Below are positions 47,617 to 56,596 of a DNA stretch of 61,659 nt, in pieces. Where the stretch lies: assembly GCA_016868015.1 (NCBI GenBank), contig VGIF01000001.1, positions 1-61,659 on the forward strand, in the 5' to 3' direction. Every line of letters begins with the position of its first letter. Position 1 is the stretch's first letter. The notes beneath the pieces were generated by a model. That model saw nothing but the letters and a program-made list of their open reading frames with translations. It was not told the DNA's origin and made no database searches. The DNA is from Betaproteobacteria bacterium. Lineage in GTDB: Bacteria > Pseudomonadota > Gammaproteobacteria > Burkholderiales > SG8-41. A program made the position numbers and the translations under genes.

Positions 47617-48867
47617 TTATGCAGCCTTACGCTGGTAGCCCGCCACCGACTCAGCAATCGCCAGCTTGGCCGCGCCGTCGGCATCCTCCGAATGCGCGAT
47701 GATGAAGCCATCGTTCACGTATTTTTGCAGCGGCATATCGCGCATCACGCCCATTGCGCCGAAACACTCGGCGGCGAGCAGTGTGACTTCGTGCACCGCT
47801 TCGGCGCTGGAGACGCGCGCAATCACGTGCAGCGGCAGTTCCGACACACTGCGCCCGGCAACGGCTTCGGGATGATCCAGCGCCCACGCCGCTTTCCACA
47901 ACATGTTGCGCGAGAGTTCGAGCTTGATGGTGCAATCGGCGATTTTGGTACCGATGGCCTGGTGCTCCATGATGTTGCGCCCTCCCTGGCGGCGCATTTT
48001 GGCGTAATCCACCGCCGCGTCGTAGCTCGCGCGGCCCACACCGATCGCCACCGCGGCCATCGCCACCTGATTGCGCGCCAACAGCTTGCCGTCGGCCAAC
48101 GGACATTGCCCTCCCTTGCCCAGCAGATTCGCCGCGGGCACTTTGCAATCCTTCAGCTCAATCGCCGCTGACGTGCCGTGGTGCCAACGCGTCAGTGTAT
48201 TGCCCGCGCCGCCGAAAGCTTTGATGGTATCGAGCACTTTAAAGCCCGCGGTATCGCGCGGGATCAACAGCGTCGACAAGCCCTGCATGCCCTTGCTACC
48301 CGCGCCGGTGCGCACTTGCACCGCGAACAACTTCGCCAGCGGTGCGTTTGACACCGCTTCGACTCGGCCGTTGATCACCCAGTCGTTGCCTTGCTTCACT
48401 GCGGCCGGCACCACCACGTCGTCGTAATACGCATCGCGATGATACGTCCAGCCCAAGCCCGCATCGGCGGTAGTGCCGGCGAACGCGAGATGATAGTTGT
48501 CATCCTCGACAAACGATTTCAGATACTTACCCTTTTGCTCGGCGTTCATCAGGTTGTCGAACAGCGTGCGTCCGAGCGTGGCGGTGGTGCCGAGGATGGT
48601 GGCGATGTCGACCTCGCCCGAAGCCAACTCTTCCAGCACGATGCAAGTGGTGAGATTGTCCGCGCCCGCGCCGCCGGCCTCTTCCGACAAGGCGAGTGTG
48701 CGGATGCCAAGTTGCGCGGCTTTGGTGAGCAAGTCAGCCATCACCGGTTTTTCAAACGGCTGTAAGCGGTCCGGATGTATCGCCGCAGCTTTCATTTCGC
48801 GCTCGGCAAAATCGCGCAGCGTGTCACGCATTTCGAGTTGCTCCGGGGTGAGCGTGAGATCGTACAT
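47617..48867 (-). CDS. acyl-CoA dehydrogenase family protein
   Basis: 416 aa ACAD fold. The C-terminal IIAHSEDADGAAKLAIAE aligns by eye with IYQIYEGTAQIQRLIVAR, keeping the Glu. Confidence 0.85.
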   Translation of the reverse strand: MYDLTLTPEQLEMRDTLRDFAEREMKAAAIHPDRLQPFEKPVMADLLTKAAQLGIRTLALSEEAGGAGADNLTTCIVLEELASGEVDIATILGTTATLGRTLFDNLMNAEQKGKYLKSFVEDDNYHLAFAGTTADAGLGWTYHRDAYYDDVVVPAAVKQGNDWVINGRVEAVSNAPLAKLFAVQVRTGAGSKGMQGLSTLLIPRDTAGFKVLDTIKAFGGAGNTLTRWHHGTSAAIELKDCKVPAANLLGKGGQCPLADGKLLARNQVAMAAVAIGVGRASYDAAVDYAKMRRQGGRNIMEHQAIGTKIADCTIKLELSRNMLWKAAWALDHPEAVAGRSVSELPLHVIARVSSAEAVHEVTLLAAECFGAMGVMRDMPLQKYVNDGFIIAHSEDADGAAKLAIAESVAGYQRKAA

Positions 48868-48897
48868 AAGTATTTGATTCCTTTAACTATTTTTTAG
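48868..48897 (-). repeat. ATE copy 13
   Basis: Minus-strand reading is ctaaaaaatagttaaaggaatcaaatactt, followed directly by the ACAD ATG. Core AATCAAATACTTA is completed by the A of the start codon. Confidence 0.7.
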
Positions 48898-48971
48898 ATA
48901 AGCCGTGGCGCTCGCGCGGGACAGGCGAAGGCGTGACTATAGCGGGAACGATGGTTTCTGAAAAGGCGCGA

Positions 48972-49436
48972 TCAGTAGTGCGACTTGAAACTAATGGCGT
49001 CGCGATATTTAAGATCTTCAAGATCGATGTACGAGCGCATCGTCGCCTTATCCACCGTGTATTGGATTTTGCGATTGGTTTCATTGCAGGCGCGGATGTC
49101 GATCAGTTCCAGCGCTTCCTTCACCTGCCATTCGTGGGCACCGGCGATGCCCGGCGGTGCGTAAATGATCGAACCGGCTTCGACTTCGAATTCCTTGCCA
49201 TTGACGTCGCGCACCGTGGCGTGGCCGGAAATCACGTAGTAACACGCCTCGATCGGATGCCAGTGTAATTGCTCATAGGTGCCGGGCTTGTAACTCGCGC
49301 GGCCCAGGCGCACGCGGTCGGTCATGAACACTTCGGGCCAGCCGACCAAGCGCGTGTAGGTTTGCCCGTCGGTGACGCCGCGCGAGCCTTGGTAATCTTT
49401 TTCGTTGATGACTTTCAGGGTGGATTCTATTTTCAT
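48972..49436 (-). CDS. cupin domain protein
   Basis: ATG 49436 with GGAGAA RBS. Cupin motifs HWHPIEACYYVISG and PPGIAGAHEW. Confidence 0.75.
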   Translation of the reverse strand: MKIESTLKVINEKDYQGSRGVTDGQTYTRLVGWPEVFMTDRVRLGRASYKPGTYEQLHWHPIEACYYVISGHATVRDVNGKEFEVEAGSIIYAPPGIAGAHEWQVKEALELIDIRACNETNRKIQYTVDKATMRSYIDLEDLKYRDAISFKSHY

Positions 49437-49454
49437 GGTGATTTTCTCCGTCAA

Positions 49455-50243
49455 TTATTCCCCAACAAATTTAGGCTTACGCTTCTCCCGCCAAGCGCGA
49501 TGCGCCTCATCCTTGTCCTTCGACAACTCCAACACTAAAAAGCGATAGGCATCGGTCAACGACGAATCCTGGATGTTGGGGATATCCATGCCACGTGTGA
49601 GCGACTCTTTCATCAAGCTCACCGCAAGCGGCGGCAACCCGGCGATATGTTCGGCGATTTCCTGCGTCTTCGCCTTCAACTCCGCGTGCGGCACCAGCCA
49701 CTGCGCGATGCCCAGGCGGTACGCCTCCTCCGCCTTCAAGGCAAAGCCCATTGCGAGTTTCATACCCATGCCTTTGCCCGCATAACGCGCCACCCGCGTG
49801 CCACCGCCGTAATTGGGAATGATCCCCAATGCCACCTGCGGCAACCGCCATTCGGCCTTGTCGCTGGCGACGATCAAATCACAAGCGAGGCTCACGATTG
49901 CACCCACGCCAATCGCATAGCCGTTGACCGAGGCAATCACCGGTTTGGGAAAATCGCCGATAAAATTCGCCGTGAAGCGCCGCGGCCGGCGGATTTTTTT
50001 GACGAAATTTTTAGCCCCCCCCGTGGTGTGCGTGCTTTCTTTTTTGAGATTCGCGCCCGCCGAAAACGCGCCTGCCGATTCGTCACCCGTCAGCACCACC
50101 ACGCGCACATCGTCGTCGTCGATGGCTTTATCCAGCTCGCGAACGATAGCCACGTTGAAATCATCATCCCAGGCGTTGCGAGTACCGGGACGCGACAACG
50201 TCAACGTCAATATGTGCCCCTTTTTCTGCGCCAATAACGGCAT
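49455..50243 (-). CDS. enoyl-CoA hydratase/isomerase (crotonase) family protein
   Basis: ATG 50243. LTLSRPGTRNAW, FSAGANL, VNGYAIGVG. The ORF-track extension upstream (GSRLRGNDM) is a REP read-through. Confidence 0.88.
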   Translation of the reverse strand: MPLLAQKKGHILTLTLSRPGTRNAWDDDFNVAIVRELDKAIDDDDVRVVVLTGDESAGAFSAGANLKKESTHTTGGAKNFVKKIRRPRRFTANFIGDFPKPVIASVNGYAIGVGAIVSLACDLIVASDKAEWRLPQVALGIIPNYGGGTRVARYAGKGMGMKLAMGFALKAEEAYRLGIAQWLVPHAELKAKTQEIAEHIAGLPPLAVSLMKESLTRGMDIPNIQDSSLTDAYRFLVLELSKDKDEAHRAWREKRKPKFVGE

Positions 50244-50261
50244 GCTAACCCTCCCAGACAT

Positions 50262-50288
50262 GTCGTTCCCGCGAAGGCGGGAACCCAT
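50262..50288. repeat. REP family B, single copy
   Basis: gtcgttcccgcgaaggcgggaacccat, the same unit as at 12754 and 54957. Confidence 0.7.
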
Positions 50289-50312
50289 AACACAGCATCA
50301 CTCGCGCGTGCA

Positions 50313-51728
50313 TTACGCGTTTACCACTTTCTTTTCAATCGATGCGGCAGCACGAACACTCAGCAGCCGCGTAAGTTCATTGGTGTCTGCAACCTGCTCT
50401 ATCCCCAACACCGTATCCCGCACCCGTGCCGCATCACCCCGCGACAATACGCCGTCCGTATTCTGCTCAAACTTCGCGATGATGGATTCCGCCCCTGCCG
50501 GCTCATCCGGCAAAATCTCATCGCGCTCGCGCAAGATGCGCCCATCCTTCAGCTTGACAATCAGTTCCCCCGAACGCGATTTCGGGAACCCCGGATGCGG
50601 ATCGATTTCATACTGAACCTTTTGCGCCAGCGCCAGCAACGACGCATCGGTATACGCTGGCGCTTCGATTTCATTCAAGCCGAACTTGCCGCGCTGCAAC
50701 GCGCACGCCACCGAATACGGCAGGCTGAATTGCGCCGAATAACTGCCGTTAGGCTTAAACTTCGCCTCCAGCGGCTCGCACACCAACGGTATCGCCGCAT
50801 CGGCGATCAGCGCGCGCACCGACTCAACCTTATCGGCGTTCAAAGCTTCCTTCTTGCCTATACGTATCGCCGCGTTCATAAACGCGTGCAACTGATGGCA
50901 GGCCGGATAAAGCTTGATCGACGTGCGCGTGAATTCCCAAGTTTCACCCAAGCCCTCCACTACCATCTCCGGCCGTGCGCTCTTGCCGTGTTCGCCGAGA
51001 AACGCGCTGTACAACCCAAAGCGTCCGTCGTAGGCCTGCAGCGGCCCGACGTAACCGCTTTTGGCAAACGCTGCCGCGGTAATGCCCGACGAGCCCGCCC
51101 AGCCCGGATGCACACGCTTGGTCCACGCGCCTTCTTGCAGCGGCTGCAGCGTGCTGGCGGTGAACGACAGCGCAATGCCTTGCGCCAGCGCGTGTTGCTC
51201 GGCGTTCAACTGCATCAAACGCCCCGCCGCCGCCGTGGCGCCGAACGCGCCGGCAATGCCGGTGGCGTGAAAGCCTGCGTTGACAAAACCACCCTGCGCC
51301 GCTTGCGCGATGCGCGCGCCGATTTCCAAACCCAGCACGCACGCCATCAACGCGTCTTTACCGCTCGCCTTGTGCTGCGCGCCCAGCGCCAGTACCGTCG
51401 GCACGCTGCTCGCCGACAAATGCACCGAACCGGGCAAATAGGTGTCGTCGTAATCGAGACCGTGCACCAAAATGCCGTTCATCACCACCGCGTCGCGCAG
51501 CGCGAGTTTGGCATCGCTGCCAATCACCACGCTGTCGCCTTGGCCCAAACTCGACAGCGCCGACAACGCCACCGGCGCGAATGGGTAACGCGACGCCGCG
51601 AACGCGGTGCCGATGGCATCGAGCATCACCAGCGCGGCGCGTTCGCGCACACCCGCCAGCACGGCTTGCCAATCACAGGCTGCAACGAATTGGGCGGTGC
51701 GCTGAGAGAGCGTCGAGGCGGTGTTCAT
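50313..51728 (-). CDS. MmgE/PrpD family protein (2-methylcitrate dehydratase-like)
   Basis: ATG 51728 (MNTASTLSQRTAQFVAACDW). ~470 aa with the PrpD-like pattern (GLDYDDTY, HPG). Confidence 0.85.
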   Translation of the reverse strand: MNTASTLSQRTAQFVAACDWQAVLAGVRERAALVMLDAIGTAFAASRYPFAPVALSALSSLGQGDSVVIGSDAKLALRDAVVMNGILVHGLDYDDTYLPGSVHLSASSVPTVLALGAQHKASGKDALMACVLGLEIGARIAQAAQGGFVNAGFHATGIAGAFGATAAAGRLMQLNAEQHALAQGIALSFTASTLQPLQEGAWTKRVHPGWAGSSGITAAAFAKSGYVGPLQAYDGRFGLYSAFLGEHGKSARPEMVVEGLGETWEFTRTSIKLYPACHQLHAFMNAAIRIGKKEALNADKVESVRALIADAAIPLVCEPLEAKFKPNGSYSAQFSLPYSVACALQRGKFGLNEIEAPAYTDASLLALAQKVQYEIDPHPGFPKSRSGELIVKLKDGRILRERDEILPDEPAGAESIIAKFEQNTDGVLSRGDAARVRDTVLGIEQVADTNELTRLLSVRAAASIEKKVVNA

Positions 51729-51870
51729 GGGTGGGCTCCGGTCGGGTCGTAAAGCGCAACAAAATTTCTTCTGAATTTTACTGTATTGCACGCACGCCGA
51801 CGTTTCAGGGTTGCGGCGCTGCGCGCCGAACGGTTACGACCTGGCTCCCGGCTTGCACTGGAACGACGAG

Positions 51871-54012
51871 CTATTGTGCGCGCACGATCAACGCATCGAG
51901 CACACGCAATCCCTCGCCCGCCCGATAAACCATCAGCGGATTGATATCGAGTTCGGCTACATCATCGCGAAAATCCGCGGCAAACCACGACAAGCGCACG
52001 ATGGCATCCACCACCGCGTCGCGGTCGCGCGCTGCCGTGCCGCGCACGCCTTCGAGCAATTTTTTGCCGCGTAGCTCGTCGAGCATCTCGTTCGCTTGCA
52101 GCGGCGTGACCGGTGCCGCGCGATAGGCAATGTCTTTTAACACCTCGACAAAAATCCCGCCAAGCCCGACGGCGACGATCGGCCCAAACACCGGATCGCG
52201 AATCACGCCGAGCATCAGCTCTACGCCCGGTCTAGCCATTTCCTGCACCAGCACGCCGTTGATTTGGGCGTTGGGCGCATACGTTTTGGCGGATTTGATA
52301 ATGGTTTCGAACGCTTCGGCAATCGCCACCTTGCCTTCAACACCGAGTTTCACGCCACCCGCTTCGGTTTTGTGTGCGATATCAGGCGAATCGATTTTGA
52401 GCACCAATTTGCCGCCGATTTTCGCGGCGTGGCTCACGGCTTCATCATCAGTCTTCGCCAATACCTCTTGCGTCACCGGCAAGCCATAACACGCCAGCAC
52501 CAACTTAGCTTCGCGTTCGGTGATTTTTTTGCCGAAGGTTTTTAATAACTGCTCTGTCGCGGCTTGATCGATACCCGCCGGCCGCTCGGGTGTCAGCTTA
52601 CCGGACTTGCGCGCTTGCACATACTGCCCGAAATCGTACGCCGCGCGTATCGCGCGCGTGCATGGTGTCGCATCGCGGTACACCGCTACACCTTCCCTGA
52701 TCAAATCGCGCGCGCGATAATTGTTATCATCGGTGCAGCCGCCGATCCACAGCATCGCGGTTTCCTTGCCGCAGTGATTCATGATCTCCACCGTCTGCAG
52801 CAAATTGGCCCGGCTGGGCGAGGGCACGATCGGGATCATCACATCCACACCGGGGTCGGCGGCGATGGTCATCAGCGCGGTGCGGTAAAACTCTTGATTG
52901 CCGGTGGCGGCCGAAGTGAGATCGGTGGGATTGCCGACTTTGCCATAGCCCGGCATCAGTTTCGCCAGCGCGGCTTGCGTGTCATTGGTAAACGCGTTCC
53001 ATTGCAAATCGAAAATTGCGCCGGCATCCGCCAGATTGACCACATTGCCGCCGGTGGGCGCCACCGCGGCCAGCCCGCGCCCCTTGGGCCAGCGCCGCTT
53101 GCGCAGGAACACCGCGGTCTCGTACAACTCGTTGCACTCATTCACGCGGATCAAGCCGTATTGTTTGCACACCGCGTTGACGATGTCGTTGTCGGCGGCG
53201 ATGGCGCCGGTGTGCGAGGCGGCGGCGCGGCTGCCGACCTCGGTGGCGCCAAGTTTCAGAATCACCAGCGGTTTTTCCAGCTCAGCTGCTTCATGCGCCA
53301 ACGCACGGAATTTGTCGCCGCTCTTGATGCCCTCGATCGCCAGCAGCACCACGTTGGTGGTTTCCGAGCGCAGCATGAAGCGCGCGAAATCGAGCGTGTC
53401 GATATCGGCCTCGTTGCCGCAACTCGCCTCGTAGCTGATGCCAAGCCCGTGCTCCATCGCGCGCCACATCACGGTGATTTGACCCAAACCGCCGCTGTGG
53501 CTCACCACGCCGATATCGCCCGGCGCGGCGTACTGGCCTTTCACTGCGGCGGTAGAGGTCATCGCGAAGCGGTCGACAAAATTCACGATGCCATTGCAGT
53601 TGGGCCCCATGAAACGTATGCCGTAATTTCTACCGTGTTCGAGCAAACGCTGTTGCCGCTCGCGCCCTTCCAGCGTGCCGATTTCGTTAAAGCCGCCGCT
53701 GAACACCGTGGCGAACTTCACGCCTTTTTCGCCGCACTCGGTGAGCACGTCGAACACGCGCTCGGCGGACACCACAATGCCGACGTGATCCGGCACTTCG
53801 GGCAAATCCTTGATGTTGGGGTAGCACTTTACGCCGCGTATGTCGGCGAGCCGCGGGTTGATGGGGTAGATATTGCCCTTGAAGCCAAAGCCCATCATTT
53901 GCTGGTAGACGCGTCCGCCGAAGGAGGTGAGGTGATCGGTGGCGCCTACGAGTGCCACGGAGCGTGGCGCCATCAACGGCGTAATATCGTTGGCATTATT
54001 TGCTGCGGCCAT
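51871..54012 (-). CDS. ADP(NDP)-forming acyl-CoA synthetase (CoA-binding, succinyl-CoA-ligase-like and ATP-grasp domains fused)
   Basis: 713 aa. SVALVGATD, GPNCNGIVN, phosphohistidine-loop-like VVSHSGGLG, C-terminal ATP-grasp (LVLKIDSPDIAHKTEAGGV). Confidence 0.85.
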   Translation of the reverse strand: MAAANNANDITPLMAPRSVALVGATDHLTSFGGRVYQQMMGFGFKGNIYPINPRLADIRGVKCYPNIKDLPEVPDHVGIVVSAERVFDVLTECGEKGVKFATVFSGGFNEIGTLEGRERQQRLLEHGRNYGIRFMGPNCNGIVNFVDRFAMTSTAAVKGQYAAPGDIGVVSHSGGLGQITVMWRAMEHGLGISYEASCGNEADIDTLDFARFMLRSETTNVVLLAIEGIKSGDKFRALAHEAAELEKPLVILKLGATEVGSRAAASHTGAIAADNDIVNAVCKQYGLIRVNECNELYETAVFLRKRRWPKGRGLAAVAPTGGNVVNLADAGAIFDLQWNAFTNDTQAALAKLMPGYGKVGNPTDLTSAATGNQEFYRTALMTIAADPGVDVMIPIVPSPSRANLLQTVEIMNHCGKETAMLWIGGCTDDNNYRARDLIREGVAVYRDATPCTRAIRAAYDFGQYVQARKSGKLTPERPAGIDQAATEQLLKTFGKKITEREAKLVLACYGLPVTQEVLAKTDDEAVSHAAKIGGKLVLKIDSPDIAHKTEAGGVKLGVEGKVAIAEAFETIIKSAKTYAPNAQINGVLVQEMARPGVELMLGVIRDPVFGPIVAVGLGGIFVEVLKDIAYRAAPVTPLQANEMLDELRGKKLLEGVRGTAARDRDAVVDAIVRLSWFAADFRDDVAELDINPLMVYRAGEGLRVLDALIVRAQ

Positions 54013-54018
54013 TGCGTT

Positions 54019-54444
54019 TCACTGTTTGTTGCGTAACTGATCGGTAAAGCCACTGGCGCTGCCCACCATCGTCTTCAGTCCATTCTGATTCTCACACCAG
54101 CATTCGACAGTGACATGCGGCCGGCCAGAAACATCCTCGACGCTTTTCACCACCGCGCGCGCGGTCAAGGTGTCGCCCTCGTACACCGGGTTGATGAAAC
54201 TCGCGGAAATCTGGCCACCTTGCACAAAGCCCGCGCCCAGCCACTTCACCATCATTTGCGACACATAGGCGGTGGACATCAGCGCTTGCACCAGCGTGCG
54301 CGGAAAACCTTTTTGCTTCGCCCATTCGAGATCGGTGTGGATCGAATTCGGCCGCACGCCGGAATAACAATCGATCTGTCGCTGCACGATGGTCTTTTTG
54401 AGCGCCGGCAGCGCCGCGCCCGCTTTCAACTCAACGCTTGGCAT
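54019..54444 (-). CDS. MaoC-like (R)-hydratase hot-dog fold protein
   Basis: 141 aa. YSGVRPNSIHTDLEWAK resembles the MaoC hydratase motif. 14-nt overlap with the upstream hot-dog gene. Confidence 0.8.
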   Translation of the reverse strand: MPSVELKAGAALPALKKTIVQRQIDCYSGVRPNSIHTDLEWAKQKGFPRTLVQALMSTAYVSQMMVKWLGAGFVQGGQISASFINPVYEGDTLTARAVVKSVEDVSGRPHVTVECWCENQNGLKTMVGSASGFTDQLRNKQ

Positions 54445-54901
54445 GTTGATGCACCCCCGATTGCGGAAATATCATTTGCGTGAAATTGCCGCGCACCAGC
54501 ACTTGCCCGGTGTCCTCCTCGCGCGTTTCGAACCGGGTGACGATGTAATGGCGCCCGCGCCGCTCGTATTTGTCGATCAACTTTCCATATACGCGCACAT
54601 GCATGCCGACGCGAATCGGCGCCACGAACTCGCAGTGAATCTTGGCGTGTAAGCCCGCGGGCACGATGTATTTGTTGTGGCGCATGAATAGCGCGAGGTT
54701 GCCGAGCAACACCGGGTGCGTGATCTTGCCGTCGTAGGGCGAATCGCGTTCGTTGTCATCGTCTTCGAAATACCACGGATCGTGGTCGTCTACCGCATAG
54801 CCGAAGGTATCGACATCTTCCGGCTTCACCGTGAAATCATCGGAACGAAATTCTTCGCCGATTTGCACCACTTCGTAGGAAATGGTTTTGAATTCGATCA
54901 T
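54431..54901 (-). CDS. hot-dog fold protein (MaoC N-terminal-like, probable non-catalytic partner)
   Basis: 156 aa, single hot-dog-sized. No obvious hydratase motif seen by eye. Translationally coupled to 54019..54444. Confidence 0.65.
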   Translation of the reverse strand: MIEFKTISYEVVQIGEEFRSDDFTVKPEDVDTFGYAVDDHDPWYFEDDDNERDSPYDGKITHPVLLGNLALFMRHNKYIVPAGLHAKIHCEFVAPIRVGMHVRVYGKLIDKYERRGRHYIVTRFETREEDTGQVLVRGNFTQMIFPQSGVHQHAKR

Positions 54902-54956
54902 GTCATTTCACCTCTACGCACATCAAGTTCTTGTCCATCGTTGATCCACCACTGTG

Positions 54957-55035
54957 TCGTTCCCGCGCAGGCGGGAACCCATAACACCGTTTCCACTTAA
55001 GTCAGCCCATGGGTTCCCGCCTGCGCGGGAACGAC
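54957..55035. repeat. REP family B inverted pair
   Basis: gtcgttcccgcgcaggcgggaacccat ... atgggttcccgcctgcgcgggaacgac, perfect 27-bp arms, 25-nt spacer. Confidence 0.85.
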
Positions 55036-55068
55036 ACCAGTCGAAAGTTGTTTTCGTATTCTTATCGT

Positions 55069-56433
55069 TTATCCGGCAAGCAATCCAAGCAATTTCGAGA
55101 CATCACTTGCCGTTTCAAAATTATCAATTAAATCAAATACTTGCGTTCTTTTCGCCGAAGATAGCCGCGCCGCCGTCATGTTATTGAACTTGGCCACCAC
55201 CTCACTATCACTCATCGGATTTTTCGCGTGCCCCTTGGGATAAATCACTTCGTGATCCAACACCGCGCCACCCGTCAAGCGCACCCGCACACGCCCCGGC
55301 GCGGCTTGCGGATATACCGCATTGTGCTTCGCATCCTCCGCCACTTTCACCTTGGCCATCAGCTTCAACATCAGCGGGTCGTGCAAGCGCGCCTGCGAAA
55401 ACGTTTGCGCATTGAACTCGCCGTCGCGCAGCACACTCACCACGCAAAACGGCATGCTGTGGTCCGCGGTTTCGTGCGTGGTCGGCGCCCAGCGGTTGGC
55501 GTCCTTGCCCATCATGTTTACCGCCGCCGCATAGGCGCCGACTTGAATTTCCTCGATGTCGTCAAGCTTCACGCGATCGCGCAGCGCCAGCGCCGCGTAA
55601 ACCGCCGACTGGCCGTGATAACACACCGGCAACCCTTTGATATGCGTTTCACAAATCCAATAACGCCCTTCGGGGATCGGCCAATCGTGGTGGCCGATAA
55701 TCTCCCACAAACCGCCCTCGCCTTCGAACACCGCGCTCGGGCCGGTGAACCCATCTTGCGCCAGCATCGCGGCGAACACCGCGTTGCGCGAGGCGTTGGC
55801 CCCCGCGCAGCCTTTCCAATTCGACAAATGCCCGCGCCGCGCCTGCGCCAGCGTCATGTTCGGCCCCAGCGCCAGCGCGATGGCATTGCCGAGTTGCGCG
55901 CGGTCGAGTTTCAACAAACGCCCCACACCCATCACGCAGCCCAAAATGCCATACACCGGCTGATCCCAGCCCTTGGTGTTGATGTCGATGGCATCGGCGA
56001 AACTGCAATACACGTCGTACGCCAGCACCATCGCTTCAAGCAGCGCTTTCCCATCGCAGCGCGCACTTTCCGCCACCGCCACTAAACCGGAAATCATGTC
56101 GCTCGGATGGCCGCGGCTTTTCCCCAAAAACGTGTCGCTGATGTCGAGCAAGCGCGTCATTACACCGTTGGCGAACGCCGCCGCTTCGGGCGTGGTTTTG
56201 ATGGGGCTGCCCCACACCGTCGCCGGCGCACTGGCACTCGCGCGCTCGGCGGACTTGCGCGCGAGCACGCTGGTCGGGTGATCGTAAGCGGCAATCGCGC
56301 AGGTCAACGCATCGAGCAACCTTAGCTTGGTCGCGTGCAGCACTTGCGGCGGCAGCACGTCGTAGCCTTTTCGCCCGGCGACGTTGAGCAGCAGCGTGGT
56401 GGTTGCATCGAATGACGTTGCGGCTTGATCCAT
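55069..56433 (-). CDS. MmgE/PrpD family protein (second copy)
   Basis: ATG 56433 after AGGAG. PrpD-like body. The C-terminal segment QVFDLIDNFE is encoded by ATE copy 14. Confidence 0.85.
   Translation of the reverse strand: MDQAATSFDATTTLLLNVAGRKGYDVLPPQVLHATKLRLLDALTCAIAAYDHPTSVLARKSAERASASAPATVWGSPIKTTPEAAAFANGVMTRLLDISDTFLGKSRGHPSDMISGLVAVAESARCDGKALLEAMVLAYDVYCSFADAIDINTKGWDQPVYGILGCVMGVGRLLKLDRAQLGNAIALALGPNMTLAQARRGHLSNWKGCAGANASRNAVFAAMLAQDGFTGPSAVFEGEGGLWEIIGHHDWPIPEGRYWICETHIKGLPVCYHGQSAVYAALALRDRVKLDDIEEIQVGAYAAAVNMMGKDANRWAPTTHETADHSMPFCVVSVLRDGEFNAQTFSQARLHDPLMLKLMAKVKVAEDAKHNAVYPQAAPGRVRVRLTGGAVLDHEVIYPKGHAKNPMSDSEVVAKFNNMTAARLSSAKRTQVFDLIDNFETASDVSKLLGLLAG
55115..55145 (+). 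repeat. ATE copy 14, inside the 3' end of a minus-strand CDS
   Basis: tcaaaattatcaattaaatcaaatacttgcg, core AATCAAATACTTG is perfect. Confidence 0.7.
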
Positions 56434-56596
56434 ACCCTGCTCCTGCAATGTTGGCTGTGACGCGCGGATTGAAAACAGTTCTTGAGCTTACCCAAATCCG
56501 CGCCGTCATTGGTGTCAGCGTCCATACCCTGTTTACCCTGCAGGCGCCGGACTCGAATACCGCGCGGATGAGTCTGCCGGTCGATGGCTCGTGGTT

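Noticed and set aside
52564-54036. 490-aa plus-strand ORF
   Set aside because: It is a shadow ORF antisense to the ADP-forming acyl-CoA synthetase. It is Arg/His/Gly-rich.
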